Below, in pieces: positions 29,115 to 39,900 of a DNA stretch of 64,000 nt (its first letter is position 1; each line of letters begins with the position of its first letter). Under the pieces are notes generated by a model that was not told the DNA's origin, searched no databases, and worked only from the letters and a program-made list of their open reading frames with translations. The stretch lies in the IMG/VR virus record IMGVR_UViG_3300030419_008158, positions 62,001 through 126,000 of that record. The stretch is one strand, 5' to 3'. A program made the position numbers and the translations under genes.

Positions 29115-30067
29115 AACAAAGACCCACTCTTAATACTCGAAATTTTATGACTAATTAGCTCTTCATTTGTCCAAATTTTTGCTTTTGAAATTACACTCAT
29201 TACGCTTTTTTTCGTCCTGTCTCCCAAATCTTTTCCTGCAACTGAAACTCTATAGACTTCGCACCCTGCCATGTCAAGGCGTTTACAAACTTGATGTGAT
29301 TTTTCATCTGCATCTTCATCAAAACATACAATGACAGTCGACCGATTTTTTACAAGATTTTTGTAAAGCAAAGAAGATTTCGACAATGTTGATCCTAGCG
29401 CCACTGCTGTGTTATCCGGGCACTTTACAGCATCGAAAACCCCTTCAACTAAAATTATAGGCTGTTTCCAGTCCAAATCTATCTCATTAAAAATGATAGT
29501 ACTTTTTGGAACCTTTGCATTATTATACTTGAACTTTGTCTCATCTATACATCTTGCAACATAATAATTCAGCTTGCCTGTATTGTCAAATGACGGAAAA
29601 ATTGCTTTTCTTCGAAAGTAAAAGTTGTTTGAAACACAAATTCGCCAGCGATACATGTCCAATCTAGAGAGACCACGAGACAACAAATAGCTGTAAACTG
29701 CCCGAAAATCCGGATCAACAATATTGTCTGTTATCAACATTATATCATCTGGAAGATCAACCGGATCTATTTCAACTTCTTTTTTATCTATCGTGTGACC
29801 AACGTCACAAGAAAATATTTCACGACAGTTTTTGTAGTATTTTTTTGCATACTTTCTAAAAAGAAAACCTATGTTCTTTCCTGAAGTGTTGCACACCCAA
29901 CAGTTATACCACCCAGTATCTAGCGCAATATACAGCTTTTTTTTATCTTTTCTAGCGTCGTTACATTCCGGACATGAAACATGAACATTTTTACCATCAG
30001 TCTCTAGAAAACCTTTTCCAAACGCGCTCTCTATTAACTTTAATTTTTTCGACTTCTCTAGATTCAC
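29111..30067 (-). CDS. DNA primase-like protein (zinc ribbon + TOPRIM)
   Basis: CPEC...CWVC zinc finger, LVEGVFDA, FDEDA and KDLGD. Confidence 0.85.
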   Translation of the reverse strand: MNLEKSKKLKLIESAFGKGFLETDGKNVHVSCPECNDARKDKKKLYIALDTGWYNCWVCNTSGKNIGFLFRKYAKKYYKNCREIFSCDVGHTIDKKEVEIDPVDLPDDIMLITDNIVDPDFRAVYSYLLSRGLSRLDMYRWRICVSNNFYFRRKAIFPSFDNTGKLNYYVARCIDETKFKYNNAKVPKSTIIFNEIDLDWKQPIILVEGVFDAVKCPDNTAVALGSTLSKSSLLYKNLVKNRSTVIVCFDEDADEKSHQVCKRLDMAGCEVYRVSVAGKDLGDRTKKSVMSVISKAKIWTNEELISHKISSIKSGSLL

Positions 30068-30657
30068 TAAATAATTGTAGGATCTAGATCCTCAATGTTC
30101 AAATAATCACAGCCCCACAATGCCATGACAAATGAGTCAGCTATGTCATAGCAAAAATCTTCTTTTCTTTCTTTTCCCTTGTTCGGACCTGATTTTAGTA
30201 TTTTAGTGGGCCAGGAAAAATTTACCATGTCAGGATGCAAAGAAACCCAGTTCAAAACCTGCTCTTTTGTGCTCACATCAGATTTTCTATCAATCTTGAG
30301 ACCCACTTTGTTTCTGACGGAAATTACATTGCCTAAAACAACTGGCGCATTTAACGTGCTTCGAGCAATCCAGCTAATGGCGCCGTTGAATCGATTTAGC
30401 GTACATATTGTTCTAGCAGACGACATATTCCTTCTAAATGCCTGCAAAGATTCTTCAATTACAATGACGTCTATCTTGTGATCTAGAGAAAGGACTTTAA
30501 GTACATCACGAACCTCGCAGGATTTCACGTAAAGACCTTTTTTCTTACTTAGGGGTATTGCCATGGTCACAAGGACTCGATGTCTCTGCGGGCCCTCTGT
30601 GTCCATTATGCAAATACCCACATTCGATGTTGATACATCTAAACCTAATACTTTCAA
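30067..30657 (-). CDS. ruvC: RuvC-like Holliday junction resolvase
   Basis: VLGLDVSTSNVG, VIVIEE and DIADS catalytic acidic residues. Confidence 0.85.
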   Translation of the reverse strand: MKVLGLDVSTSNVGICIMDTEGPQRHRVLVTMAIPLSKKKGLYVKSCEVRDVLKVLSLDHKIDVIVIEESLQAFRRNMSSARTICTLNRFNGAISWIARSTLNAPVVLGNVISVRNKVGLKIDRKSDVSTKEQVLNWVSLHPDMVNFSWPTKILKSGPNKGKERKEDFCYDIADSFVMALWGCDYLNIEDLDPTII

Positions 30658-33143
30658 AAATCCATCCGAAGCCTTACAGTAAACCTATCCCCGTCTCTTT
30701 TTACTACAGGTTGAGAAAAATTAGCTCTTCCAACAACATTTAAATTGCTGTCATGAAGCTGCACACCTGTCAAATATACGAATTCTTCTGCTATTTCATT
30801 TGGGCTGTCAGTCGGTACTAACTTTCTATAAGCAGGATTTGACGAAGAATTAATGAGGCCCTTATCTGCTAAAACATTTATTTCTAAAACGTGAATATTT
30901 CTTTGTCCTTCAAAAGACAATTCCCAAGCATCTGATCCGAACAAAGGAAGGTTTGGTGACTTTATGACAATGATTCCCTCTTCGTATATGACATTGCCGA
31001 CTGATGCCCAATGAGCATGCGGAGTAACAGAGTCCGCTCGATACAAGTTTCCAAATCCGTCATCTCTTAGAGTTATTTGCATTCTTCCGGCGCTTCCAGT
31101 CACTGCTAAATCTTTTATAGTGACAGATTCTGGTTTTATTTGATCACCATAAAACATATTAGACACATCAAAAAATACAACTTGGTTAGAACTGGGGTCT
31201 TTTGTTCTCTGCAGGATTGTAAGAATGCTTCCCGCAGCTGCCGATGGGTCTTCGGGTGGAGCACTAAGAACAGGAGTTAAAATTGTTCCTAGCGGGCTAC
31301 TTGACAAAACATCTCTTGGATCATTTGCATTTGGCAGACTAGCCGTAGACACCATGTCATTCAAGTCAATTCTAGAAAGGTCAAATACACCAAAATCATC
31401 CTTAAATTTATCTAAATCAGAGCCAGCAACTGCACTTTTATGTGTTCCTGTGAGTAGCATTTGAAAATTTGGAGTAAATTTTCCATTGTCGCACGGCAAA
31501 ACTGTGATATTTCTTTTTCTATTGCTTCCTGCTTCATAAATAAAATAGTTGGCTGTTTTCGCGACTGGTGTGGTCTCTTCAACCCTTTGGGCTTCTAAAC
31601 CTATTGGTCTAGGATATAATCCTCTCACAAACTCTCTTGTAAAGTTAGGAAGATTTATTTCATGGCCTCCGACTCCGAAGGACATCGCGACATTGAACGG
31701 ATCATCAGAAGAGCCCTCTGAATAAAAGAAGGGTGTTTGATTGATGTAACGTGTGGGCGACACTTTGGTGAAAAACGGAGGCAAATAGAAAAGCAAGCCT
31801 CCAAAAGAACTTCCTGACAAGTAATGATTTGACCCTGTTACACCTATTCTCTTTTCATAAGGATCATATTCAAAGCCCTGAAGGGATGAAGTAAAAATTT
31901 GATCATTGTCTCTGTACGAATCAAAAATTTTCAAATCATGAATTTCAGCGTTTAGTGGGTGGCGCAGCTGGTACCCGGAAGGCTCTTGATCAGCAATTGA
32001 AGGAATATAAGCAGTTCCAAACTCTTGTGATGAATCTGAGTTGAAAAACCCTGCAATTTGATTGTCGCCTGTATTTTGTCCTTCATAAAAATTTCCAACA
32101 AACAGTGCGTCTGAATCGAACTGTGTGTTACTTCCCGTGTAAATCGGTGCCATAACAGAAGCAGATGTTATTACAAATTCTGACACTGTATGACTATCAA
32201 TTACAAAAGATCCCGTTCCGTTTTGAACTTCAGATCCGCCCCACCTAATCGAAACATGGTGCCAATTGTTCTTAGAAAGAGAATTATCAGGTGAAACAAA
32301 GAGAAATCCAGGGTCAGCAGAAGTGCCTGGTGCAGTTACACTATCGCCTGAAATTGTTATGTTTCTCGGTGAGATCTCAGCACTTTGACTTAACTGCAAA
32401 AGAAGTCTAAACCCATCTTTTTTTCCATCCAAGCCATATGATGTTCCGGTTACAAGACTTACAGCATACGATGAAGACATGTGAAGTATTGTGCCGGCAC
32501 CAAATTCGTCTCCAACATTTTCTTCACTGTATCTTGGGTTGATATAAAAGTCAAATGTGAAACTTGAGCTAGGGGCGTAAAAATTTGTATCTTCTAATGC
32601 AACTGTTCCTGTTCCTGCCGGGTAAATAAGTGCCGATCCTGTTGGCAGGTAAGAGCATGTAACAAAATTTAAGGAATGATAGTTTGTATATGAGTATTGT
32701 AGTGTTGGGTAAAGATTTCGATAGTATGGAAAAAGTGACTCTTTGACCACACGCTTTCTTTGAAAATCCGGATTTAGTCGAGCACCCGGCTCGAATCTTG
32801 TAACACTTTGCCTCTTGTCAAAAACTGAAGAAGATGGGATGGTGTTAACTTCTCCCATGTAGCTTTCAACTGATGCGTAAAAGTTTGAATTACTGGACAT
32901 AGCAAGAGCGTGTGCCCTGGTATTTTCAATCCCGGAATCATTGGCGGGATTTTTATCCAGACCTACGTCAGAAAAAACATCTTTTAATGTCGAAGATCCA
33001 TCAGAAAATAAAGGAAGTGTACCGCTAATCCCTTGGTTCACAGAGCTCGGAGCAGTCGAAGAGGCTGACGAGAATGTTCTTCTCGGATTTGCAAGTAGTG
33101 TATACCTCTCAATATTTTCCGGACTGATCCTTATGATTGACAT
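30654..33143 (-). CDS. Baseplate/tail fibre-associated protein with LamG-like domain
   Basis: FTFDFYINP, NNWHHVSIRW and EIHDLKIF (LamG); C-terminal GVQLHDSNLNVVGRA...RMDF tail-collar-like motif. Confidence 0.65.
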   Translation of the reverse strand: MSIIRISPENIERYTLLANPRRTFSSASSTAPSSVNQGISGTLPLFSDGSSTLKDVFSDVGLDKNPANDSGIENTRAHALAMSSNSNFYASVESYMGEVNTIPSSSVFDKRQSVTRFEPGARLNPDFQRKRVVKESLFPYYRNLYPTLQYSYTNYHSLNFVTCSYLPTGSALIYPAGTGTVALEDTNFYAPSSSFTFDFYINPRYSEENVGDEFGAGTILHMSSSYAVSLVTGTSYGLDGKKDGFRLLLQLSQSAEISPRNITISGDSVTAPGTSADPGFLFVSPDNSLSKNNWHHVSIRWGGSEVQNGTGSFVIDSHTVSEFVITSASVMAPIYTGSNTQFDSDALFVGNFYEGQNTGDNQIAGFFNSDSSQEFGTAYIPSIADQEPSGYQLRHPLNAEIHDLKIFDSYRDNDQIFTSSLQGFEYDPYEKRIGVTGSNHYLSGSSFGGLLFYLPPFFTKVSPTRYINQTPFFYSEGSSDDPFNVAMSFGVGGHEINLPNFTREFVRGLYPRPIGLEAQRVEETTPVAKTANYFIYEAGSNRKRNITVLPCDNGKFTPNFQMLLTGTHKSAVAGSDLDKFKDDFGVFDLSRIDLNDMVSTASLPNANDPRDVLSSSPLGTILTPVLSAPPEDPSAAAGSILTILQRTKDPSSNQVVFFDVSNMFYGDQIKPESVTIKDLAVTGSAGRMQITLRDDGFGNLYRADSVTPHAHWASVGNVIYEEGIIVIKSPNLPLFGSDAWELSFEGQRNIHVLEINVLADKGLINSSSNPAYRKLVPTDSPNEIAEEFVYLTGVQLHDSNLNVVGRANFSQPVVKRDGDRFTVRLRMDF

Positions 33144-33171
33144 ATGACCTCACGTTTTTCTCGCAAAACGA

Positions 33172-34428
33172 CTAGAAATCCAAGCGAATTCTAAACGTGA
33201 TATCCTTCTCGTCATTCTTTTCAATCGGCCTAGAAACTTTTGCCACTGCAAGAAGATTTCCAAACTCATCATGTAAACCAACTGTTGTAGGCATAGTAAA
33301 TGTTCTTTGTGTATCTTCTTGACCAGAATCGATTACGCGAATTCTACCTGCAGAATTCACAAATGTTGGATTTGTTGAATAGTTGAATTCGTCAGCAGTT
33401 GCCCTACAGAAAACTAAAGTTGAATTAATGTTTGTATTGTTTTGGAAAGTAGCTGCTGTTAAAGTTCCGGATTGGAACCGAGTGGATGCTATATGATCCA
33501 CAATGTTATCAATAGAAGCAGATGTAAAAAAGTCAGGAATTAATTTTGCAAACTGATTTTCTGTCGAACCAGGTTTCATATCACCCATTATCACTGTGCT
33601 ACCGGCGACAACAGAATCAATTGTTCCTGACATTTTCTGACTTCCGGAGAAAATTTTCGCGGCGTCTAAAACTACTGCTCCTATGTCATAGAATATAAGC
33701 CCTACAGATTCGTCTGTATTTGCAGCATTTCTAATATTTCCTACTGCGCCGCCAAACGTACGTTTTTGATTTGTTGAAGCACCAATATCGGTAAAAATTG
33801 CTGAGCCTGACGTCGAAGTTAGCTTGAGATTTTTAACGCCTCCAACATCAAGTGCCTCATCGTCGCTCTTGGTGGCTGCAGATGCGCTTTGATACATTCG
33901 AACAGCAAATGTCTCTCTTTTAATGCCGTCTCGAGCAAAAAGACGCTTAAAAGACATGAATACCGCGTTGTCAATTCTATCTGTAGAAACATCAGCAGGA
34001 GATGTGTTTATGGCAAAAGGAGAGTAGAATGCTTGATTTGCATCTCCTAGGAGTGTGCTAGCGTACTGTCGATAGATATCAACCTTTTCTCTCATCATCA
34101 GGCTAGAAGAGGGAAATAACATTTTTCCCGAACTATCTTCACCCGTCTTTGTGTCTTGAACAGTGTCACTTCCTGAAAAAAGCCCGACTGTCATATCTAA
34201 TATTGGGTTCGCTGTCTGGAGTGTGAAATCCTGATCGTAAATTGTCTGGAAAAGTGAAGAAGTTACACTTCCAGCTGCACCCGTAACAAATACTTGATAC
34301 GCGCGTCTCGTACTCGATCCAGAAACATCTTCCTGAACTACGTCGACCAGCTGATTTAGAACTGATCTTGTTACCTTTATATCTTCCGGTGAAATTCTTT
34401 TAAAACTACCACCAACTACTCTTGCCAT
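33172..34428 (-). CDS. Baseplate / tail fibre attachment protein
   Basis: EFNYSTNPTF and C-terminal VGLHDEFGNLLAVAKVSRPIEK...IRLDF; C-terminus paralogous to the 30654 ORF. Confidence 0.65.
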   Translation of the reverse strand: MARVVGGSFKRISPEDIKVTRSVLNQLVDVVQEDVSGSSTRRAYQVFVTGAAGSVTSSLFQTIYDQDFTLQTANPILDMTVGLFSGSDTVQDTKTGEDSSGKMLFPSSSLMMREKVDIYRQYASTLLGDANQAFYSPFAINTSPADVSTDRIDNAVFMSFKRLFARDGIKRETFAVRMYQSASAATKSDDEALDVGGVKNLKLTSTSGSAIFTDIGASTNQKRTFGGAVGNIRNAANTDESVGLIFYDIGAVVLDAAKIFSGSQKMSGTIDSVVAGSTVIMGDMKPGSTENQFAKLIPDFFTSASIDNIVDHIASTRFQSGTLTAATFQNNTNINSTLVFCRATADEFNYSTNPTFVNSAGRIRVIDSGQEDTQRTFTMPTTVGLHDEFGNLLAVAKVSRPIEKNDEKDITFRIRLDF

Positions 34429-34440
34429 CTTATATCACCC

Positions 34441-35136
34441 TTACTTTGAAATTGACACCTGGAACTCTTTTCTAAGCCCAGATTGGTCTCCGACTATTGC
34501 GACGACGGATGTGATAGTCGTTCCGTCCCCATAAACACTAAATGTAGTATCGTCTAATCCTGGCTGGAGCTTTAGATCGAAGGAGACCTTCGATCCATTT
34601 GCACTTGTTGTTGACTGTCGAACGACATTGTAGCTAGCAACTCGAGAATTTGGTTCTATTTGTAATGCAGCTTTTCCACTAATTGTAAGAAATCTATCGG
34701 GAACCAAAACTGTAAATGTCACATCACTGGTGCCATCTGGAATTCTGGTATCAGCATCTATTTTCTGCTCTGCATTTACTGTTCGAGATGTAGTAGTGTT
34801 TCTTGTAAAAGTTACAGCACCGTTTGTCATCTCTGTTCCCTCAATTGAAAGAGTCGGTAATCTAACAATTGTGGGATCGGGCAGTGTTAGCATTCTATGC
34901 TTAAGCGCCAAGTCTCCCTTGGTTTGTGCTTCAAATATAGGTGTATTCTTTGTGATTTTTTCTTTTCCCACAGTCCTTCCAAACTTTTCGATAACTGTGT
35001 AATCTACTTCATCATCTGCTAAAGAAAAGAATGCAATTCTAAAACTACCATTATTATCTGCTAATTTCCTTCTACCAATATCAGTAAGTACAGCATCAAT
35101 TATTATGTTATTTGTGCTGTGATCTAAGAATCCCAT
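34441..35136 (-). CDS. Baseplate / tail-collar-like structural protein
   Basis: DAVLTDIGRRKLA...FFSLADDEVDY...TPIFEA. Confidence 0.65.
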   Translation of the reverse strand: MGFLDHSTNNIIIDAVLTDIGRRKLADNNGSFRIAFFSLADDEVDYTVIEKFGRTVGKEKITKNTPIFEAQTKGDLALKHRMLTLPDPTIVRLPTLSIEGTEMTNGAVTFTRNTTTSRTVNAEQKIDADTRIPDGTSDVTFTVLVPDRFLTISGKAALQIEPNSRVASYNVVRQSTTSANGSKVSFDLKLQPGLDDTTFSVYGDGTTITSVVAIVGDQSGLRKEFQVSISK

Positions 35137-35166
35137 GTAACTACTCCCATTTGCTCCTGCTGTAGG

Positions 35167-35174
35167 TAAATATC
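35167..35174 (-). promoter_or_regulatory. Putative late promoter motif GATATTTA
   Basis: Consensus copy in the 45-nt intergenic gap. Confidence 0.55.
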
Positions 35175-35181
35175 GTAAAAA

Positions 35182-36957
35182 TTATGTTGTTCGTAAATCA
35201 TCAATTTTGATTTCAACATCTGCTGAGGTTTGAAGGTCTACATTTATTACATGTAGCTTGTACTTCCCAGACTTCTCGCTAGTTGTAAAAACATTAGACA
35301 CGTTTCCATCTCTGTCTGCTGTAAGTTTTGCGTCAGGGGTAAAATATACCCTGGCTGTTCTTCTACCGCTGTCAAACAATGCATCTTGTGAAAAACTGTC
35401 GACAGCGATATTCTCATCAAGCCTAGGATCAACAAAGAAATTAGGATATTGCTTTGGAGCGCCGGGCCTGGAAATATTTCTTAAAATAATTTTATTTCTA
35501 GGGTTGTCAAATGATACCAATGTTTGAGAAGAATATGTCGATGTGTAACCGTGAGCATCAACAGCACTGACTGCATAAATCGCATCTGGTGACTCTCTGT
35601 TGAACGTTTTATCTTCGAAATACGTTTGCATTCCTCTCGCATTTGTTATTTTGTCGTCTCTAACTTTTTCTGGCTTTAGAGTTTTTACCTTTGAATCGTC
35701 AAAGTCAATCTCGCCAATACACATAAAGGGTTCATAAATGGAAGAACGTTTGAAAATTTGAAAATATTTTACGTCTCTAGATCTTCCGATTGGTGGCTGC
35801 CACGTCATTATCAAACCCTTTCCGTCGTCATAATTAAATTGATAAAATACACCGTCAGGAGGGTCAGGTGCCATAAATTCCTCTGTTATGACTGTCACTT
35901 CCTTACTAGGTTTGGATTTGATAAAAAATGTAACTCTTCCCTTTCCTTTATACCATGCACTGTTAAATGATGTTATTGCTGTTATCATGTACACGTTCTT
36001 TACGTTATACGTGTATTTAGAGCCGTATACTATTCTAGTGTCGATATAGTTTGTATTTTCTGTACCCCTCAAGAGTATTTCTGTAGTTCCTCTCTTCTTT
36101 CCAGAGGGTGTCATTTGTGACTTTGCCAACACATATCCCACATGTGATACAGACAACAATCCAGACTCAGCCCCTTCGGGAACAGCCTCCCACGCATAGG
36201 GTGCTATGTTAATCTCGAGATCATCGCTAGTAAGATCAGACGACCTCGAACTCTTGAATTTTCTAGAAATCTCAGAAATTTTTGATCTTTCTATAGTAGC
36301 TGACAGGGGTGAAGCATCGTCGGTTCCTGAAAATGATGCATGGGCCACACGCATATTGAGCTGTGTATTGATTTTGATATTTGATGCAACGTCGTATAAA
36401 TCTAGATTTTTTCCTTCTTCAATAAAGTTTACTAAAAGTTTTCGCTTGTCAGGTTCAACAAGAGATTGTAAGTGTTTTTTGGCCAAGCCGGTCTTTAAAG
36501 AAAGCTTAGTTGTTTGATCGCTATCTTCAAACGGTATCTCCAAGAGATCACTTAGCGCTTCTAGTTTTTGAGATGCCCTAAGACGAACATCAGGATCAGA
36601 CTCAGAAAGAAACATAAAAGAATCAGTTGTAACAGAAGCTTCGTCTTGTATGTGCTCTAATCCAAACGATTGATAAGCTCCTGCATTCTTCTGGTCGTTG
36701 ATATTTCCAAATTCTATGATTGTTCCGGGTGAAAAATTTATATCAATAAGCCTGGGTATTTCTGACCTGAGTGTTCGCGATTTTATCAATCTTTGCGTGC
36801 TTTTTGCTAGAGAACTTCCGGGAACCCTGGGATCTCCACTTGAATTGATTCTTTCATCAGAAGAGAAAAAATTATAAACAAATTTTGCCTTTATGTCTGA
36901 TGGGTCTGGTACGTCTAGAATTGAAAATTGACGACTAGGCTTTGATTGTGATGTCAT
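35182..36957 (-). CDS. Structural protein with FN3/Ig-like domains
   Basis: YIDTRIVYGSKYTY, LIMTWQPP, YFQIFKR and YAVSAVDAHG FN3-like patterns. Confidence 0.6.
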   Translation of the reverse strand: MTSQSKPSRQFSILDVPDPSDIKAKFVYNFFSSDERINSSGDPRVPGSSLAKSTQRLIKSRTLRSEIPRLIDINFSPGTIIEFGNINDQKNAGAYQSFGLEHIQDEASVTTDSFMFLSESDPDVRLRASQKLEALSDLLEIPFEDSDQTTKLSLKTGLAKKHLQSLVEPDKRKLLVNFIEEGKNLDLYDVASNIKINTQLNMRVAHASFSGTDDASPLSATIERSKISEISRKFKSSRSSDLTSDDLEINIAPYAWEAVPEGAESGLLSVSHVGYVLAKSQMTPSGKKRGTTEILLRGTENTNYIDTRIVYGSKYTYNVKNVYMITAITSFNSAWYKGKGRVTFFIKSKPSKEVTVITEEFMAPDPPDGVFYQFNYDDGKGLIMTWQPPIGRSRDVKYFQIFKRSSIYEPFMCIGEIDFDDSKVKTLKPEKVRDDKITNARGMQTYFEDKTFNRESPDAIYAVSAVDAHGYTSTYSSQTLVSFDNPRNKIILRNISRPGAPKQYPNFFVDPRLDENIAVDSFSQDALFDSGRRTARVYFTPDAKLTADRDGNVSNVFTTSEKSGKYKLHVINVDLQTSADVEIKIDDLRTT

Positions 36958-39900
36958 TTTTTCACCATAGATTGCCCGCTAGTAACTAGCACCTCATAAT
37001 TGTATATTCCAAACGTTCCTTGTGTAACGTCACTTTTTGCCAAATCAGACGCATACTGATTGTCTGACGTTGTGGGTTTTCCCGACACTATTTCTGTTGT
37101 ACTACTATCCCCAAATGTACTAAACATGCTGTTGTCACAAATAACTGCTACAATTCTGTCAAAATAAGTCGGACTAAATATTTGCCTTTCTATAGAGCCT
37201 GCTGTGAACAGTGTGCTAGAAAATATGTCATAAAAAATCTCTGCCTTTCCAAAATTCAGTTTTTTCATATTTGAGACATGTTTGTTGGACATTTTAGTAG
37301 TCTCTACTGCTGTCAACTTTAGCATCTTATCATAATTCAAAAACGAAGAATTATCAGTCTGTATAAAGACACCTGAAAATGTTCCGTCTTCTAAACCTGC
37401 AGCAATGCCTAGATTGTTGGCTAAAATTTCTGATCCTGTATCTCTTAAAGATTTTTTAAAGTCTGTAAGACTCTCGACAAAAAAATCGTTCGGCGATAAA
37501 ATAGAAATTATTTTCTTAATTAGGTGTGATTTTACTTCATTTTTTACTAAGTTTCGAGCATCAACTTTAGATGCCGCACTGTTTATGAATGTCAAACCAA
37601 GCTGCCCATTTTCTAACAACACTTCGTTGACAACAGCATCGATGTTATTGGGCGGTTTAGTTGCAAATGAATCAAAACTTTTTGAAGAAACTGTTGGTGA
37701 CGTTGAAAAAAGAAAACTTATTCCAGTTGATTTTTCCCCAGTAATTGAATCCACTCTAGAAACGTTTGCAGACATTGTCGACTCAGCAATAGGAGACAAA
37801 AATCCTTCTGCTATCTTAAACTGAGGATATATTGTGTTATCTAGATACTCTGTTGGTAAGCCTACAAAGAATATGTTTACTGATTCTGAAGGTGTTGCAG
37901 ATAATTCCTCACACAAAACCTTTATTGCTGCTAATTCACCTACTGTAATTTTTGGGTTTCTTTTTGCAGGAGAATTTTTTGCCCTTACTATTTCCTTTAG
38001 CCTTTTTTTACTAGCCGCCAAAGATGCATCTGTTAAAGAAAGCAAATAGTTCTTTCCGATATCTGTGCTTGCAAATGATGAAAACGCATCTGACACTTCA
38101 TCAGACTCAGAAGTTCCTGCTAGCTTTGATGATAAGTCAATAAGCGACTGAGTTTGCTGCCTGACATAATCAAATTTTGCTGCATAAGATGCCAATGCAA
38201 GATAAGGCAAGTCTCTTTCAGCGGCCAACTCTTCAAGTAGCTCAACAAAAGATGAAAAAGATTGTGAACTACCACTAAAAACTTTTCCACTAATATCAAC
38301 TGAAGGGCTTTCTAGATCCAAGTTTGGAATTAGACCCTCATCATTAAATGCATTTTGAAAAGTTCCGGTTTCAAGACCTTCTATAAGAAGCTCTAGTGCC
38401 CTAGACGTAAAGTGATTAGATGATCCTTCACCAAACTGTCCCCTTACACGAATCACAACGTGCTCTGCACCAATAATAGCAGACGCTTTTGGCCAAAATT
38501 CATTTTTGAGTGCTTTGGTGAAGTTTGCTGACACTTGGGTGTCGCTCATCAGAACCTCGGAATTAGTTGGTCCCAAAATCTTATACATTAAAGTGGTTGT
38601 TGATAACACACTACAAAGATCTACAACAGACTCAAAAAGTAAGCAAAGAAGAGAGCTGCCATCGATTTTTGACAATCTAGTCACTCTGTTAGAATTTATG
38701 AAATTGGCTTCTTTGTTTTCAGACTGTGCTAATGATGCTGCTTCAATAGTTGCATCCACAAATAAGGATGCCAGTTGGTACATCATAGAATCTTCATTTT
38801 CTGCAATTTCATCCACAAGAGAAAGAAGATTCATATCAAAAATCTCTGGATTTTCTATGTTGTCTGTCTTAGATAACGATGACATCCCGTACACTAGCAT
38901 TCTTGCATTGCCTGTCATTGGCTCAACATCAAAGATATTTTTTTCTTTTGCTGCCATACGAATGGCAGAAGTGTCTAACCCTATGCTCTCATCTTCTGTA
39001 TTCTTTGTGACATCTTCTGTCTCTATAGTGAATGTGTCTTTTGATGATGAACCTTCTTTTTGTATGCTTACTTTGGTTTTTTTCTTTCCAGTGCTATCAG
39101 TCCAGCTAATAGAGTCAGTACCTGGATGAACTATCAATTCGTCTCTTTTTTGCAAAAGCTTATAAGCTATTTTTGCGCACATCGAAAACATTATAGTTCT
39201 CGCCACCTGTGGACGCGTCCATCTAGATTTCTTAATTTTTGTTCTACCTATTGTTGATAAAATTGCCAATTCAGCAATTTTATTTTTATCAGCGTATGTC
39301 ACGTCTCCTGATGCTGCCTGTATTCCGACGTTTACTATTTTTAGAATTTTTGCATAAAGGCCGTGAGGTGTTATGATTTGCGGATCTGCATCTCGAAATG
39401 TTAGCATCTTATAAAACTCTAGAGCATCATCACAACTTTTTTGGGCAGACATTAGTGCGCTATCAAAAAAACCCATTTTATTATTTGTAGGTGTTCTAAT
39501 AGTTGTTTTTGCAAACTCAGAAGTTGAAGTTGTGACTGTGCCAGCAGAGTGGTCGCTCTTATCAAAATTCATGCCGTCAAAAAGAAGAACCTTCTTGCTT
39601 CCCGGAGATGTCTCAATTCTTGCAGAACCCTCTTGTGATACTAGTAAAAAATCAGTCAAACTATTTTCATAAGATGTCTCTGTTGTAGCAGAAGCAGCAG
39701 AGGCACCCGTATAAGTCATAGGAAAATCTAAAGAGTCTGATCCAAATCTTTGCCCTAAGGGAGTTTGAGAAAGTCTACCTAGACCAGCTGAGACTAACAG
39801 CTCATTAGCAACCATGGTTGTCATTATCATCGATCGACGATAAGGATCCTCTTTGTTGATTTGATAAAAAAAGTTTCTGTCACCGTAGTATGCTAATCTG

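Noticed and set aside
25995-30657. Host chromosomal sbcCD/dnaG/ruvC marking a prophage boundary
   Set aside because: The genes are phage-type, overlap phage structural genes and are flanked on both sides by morphogenesis genes; no integrase or att site was seen.
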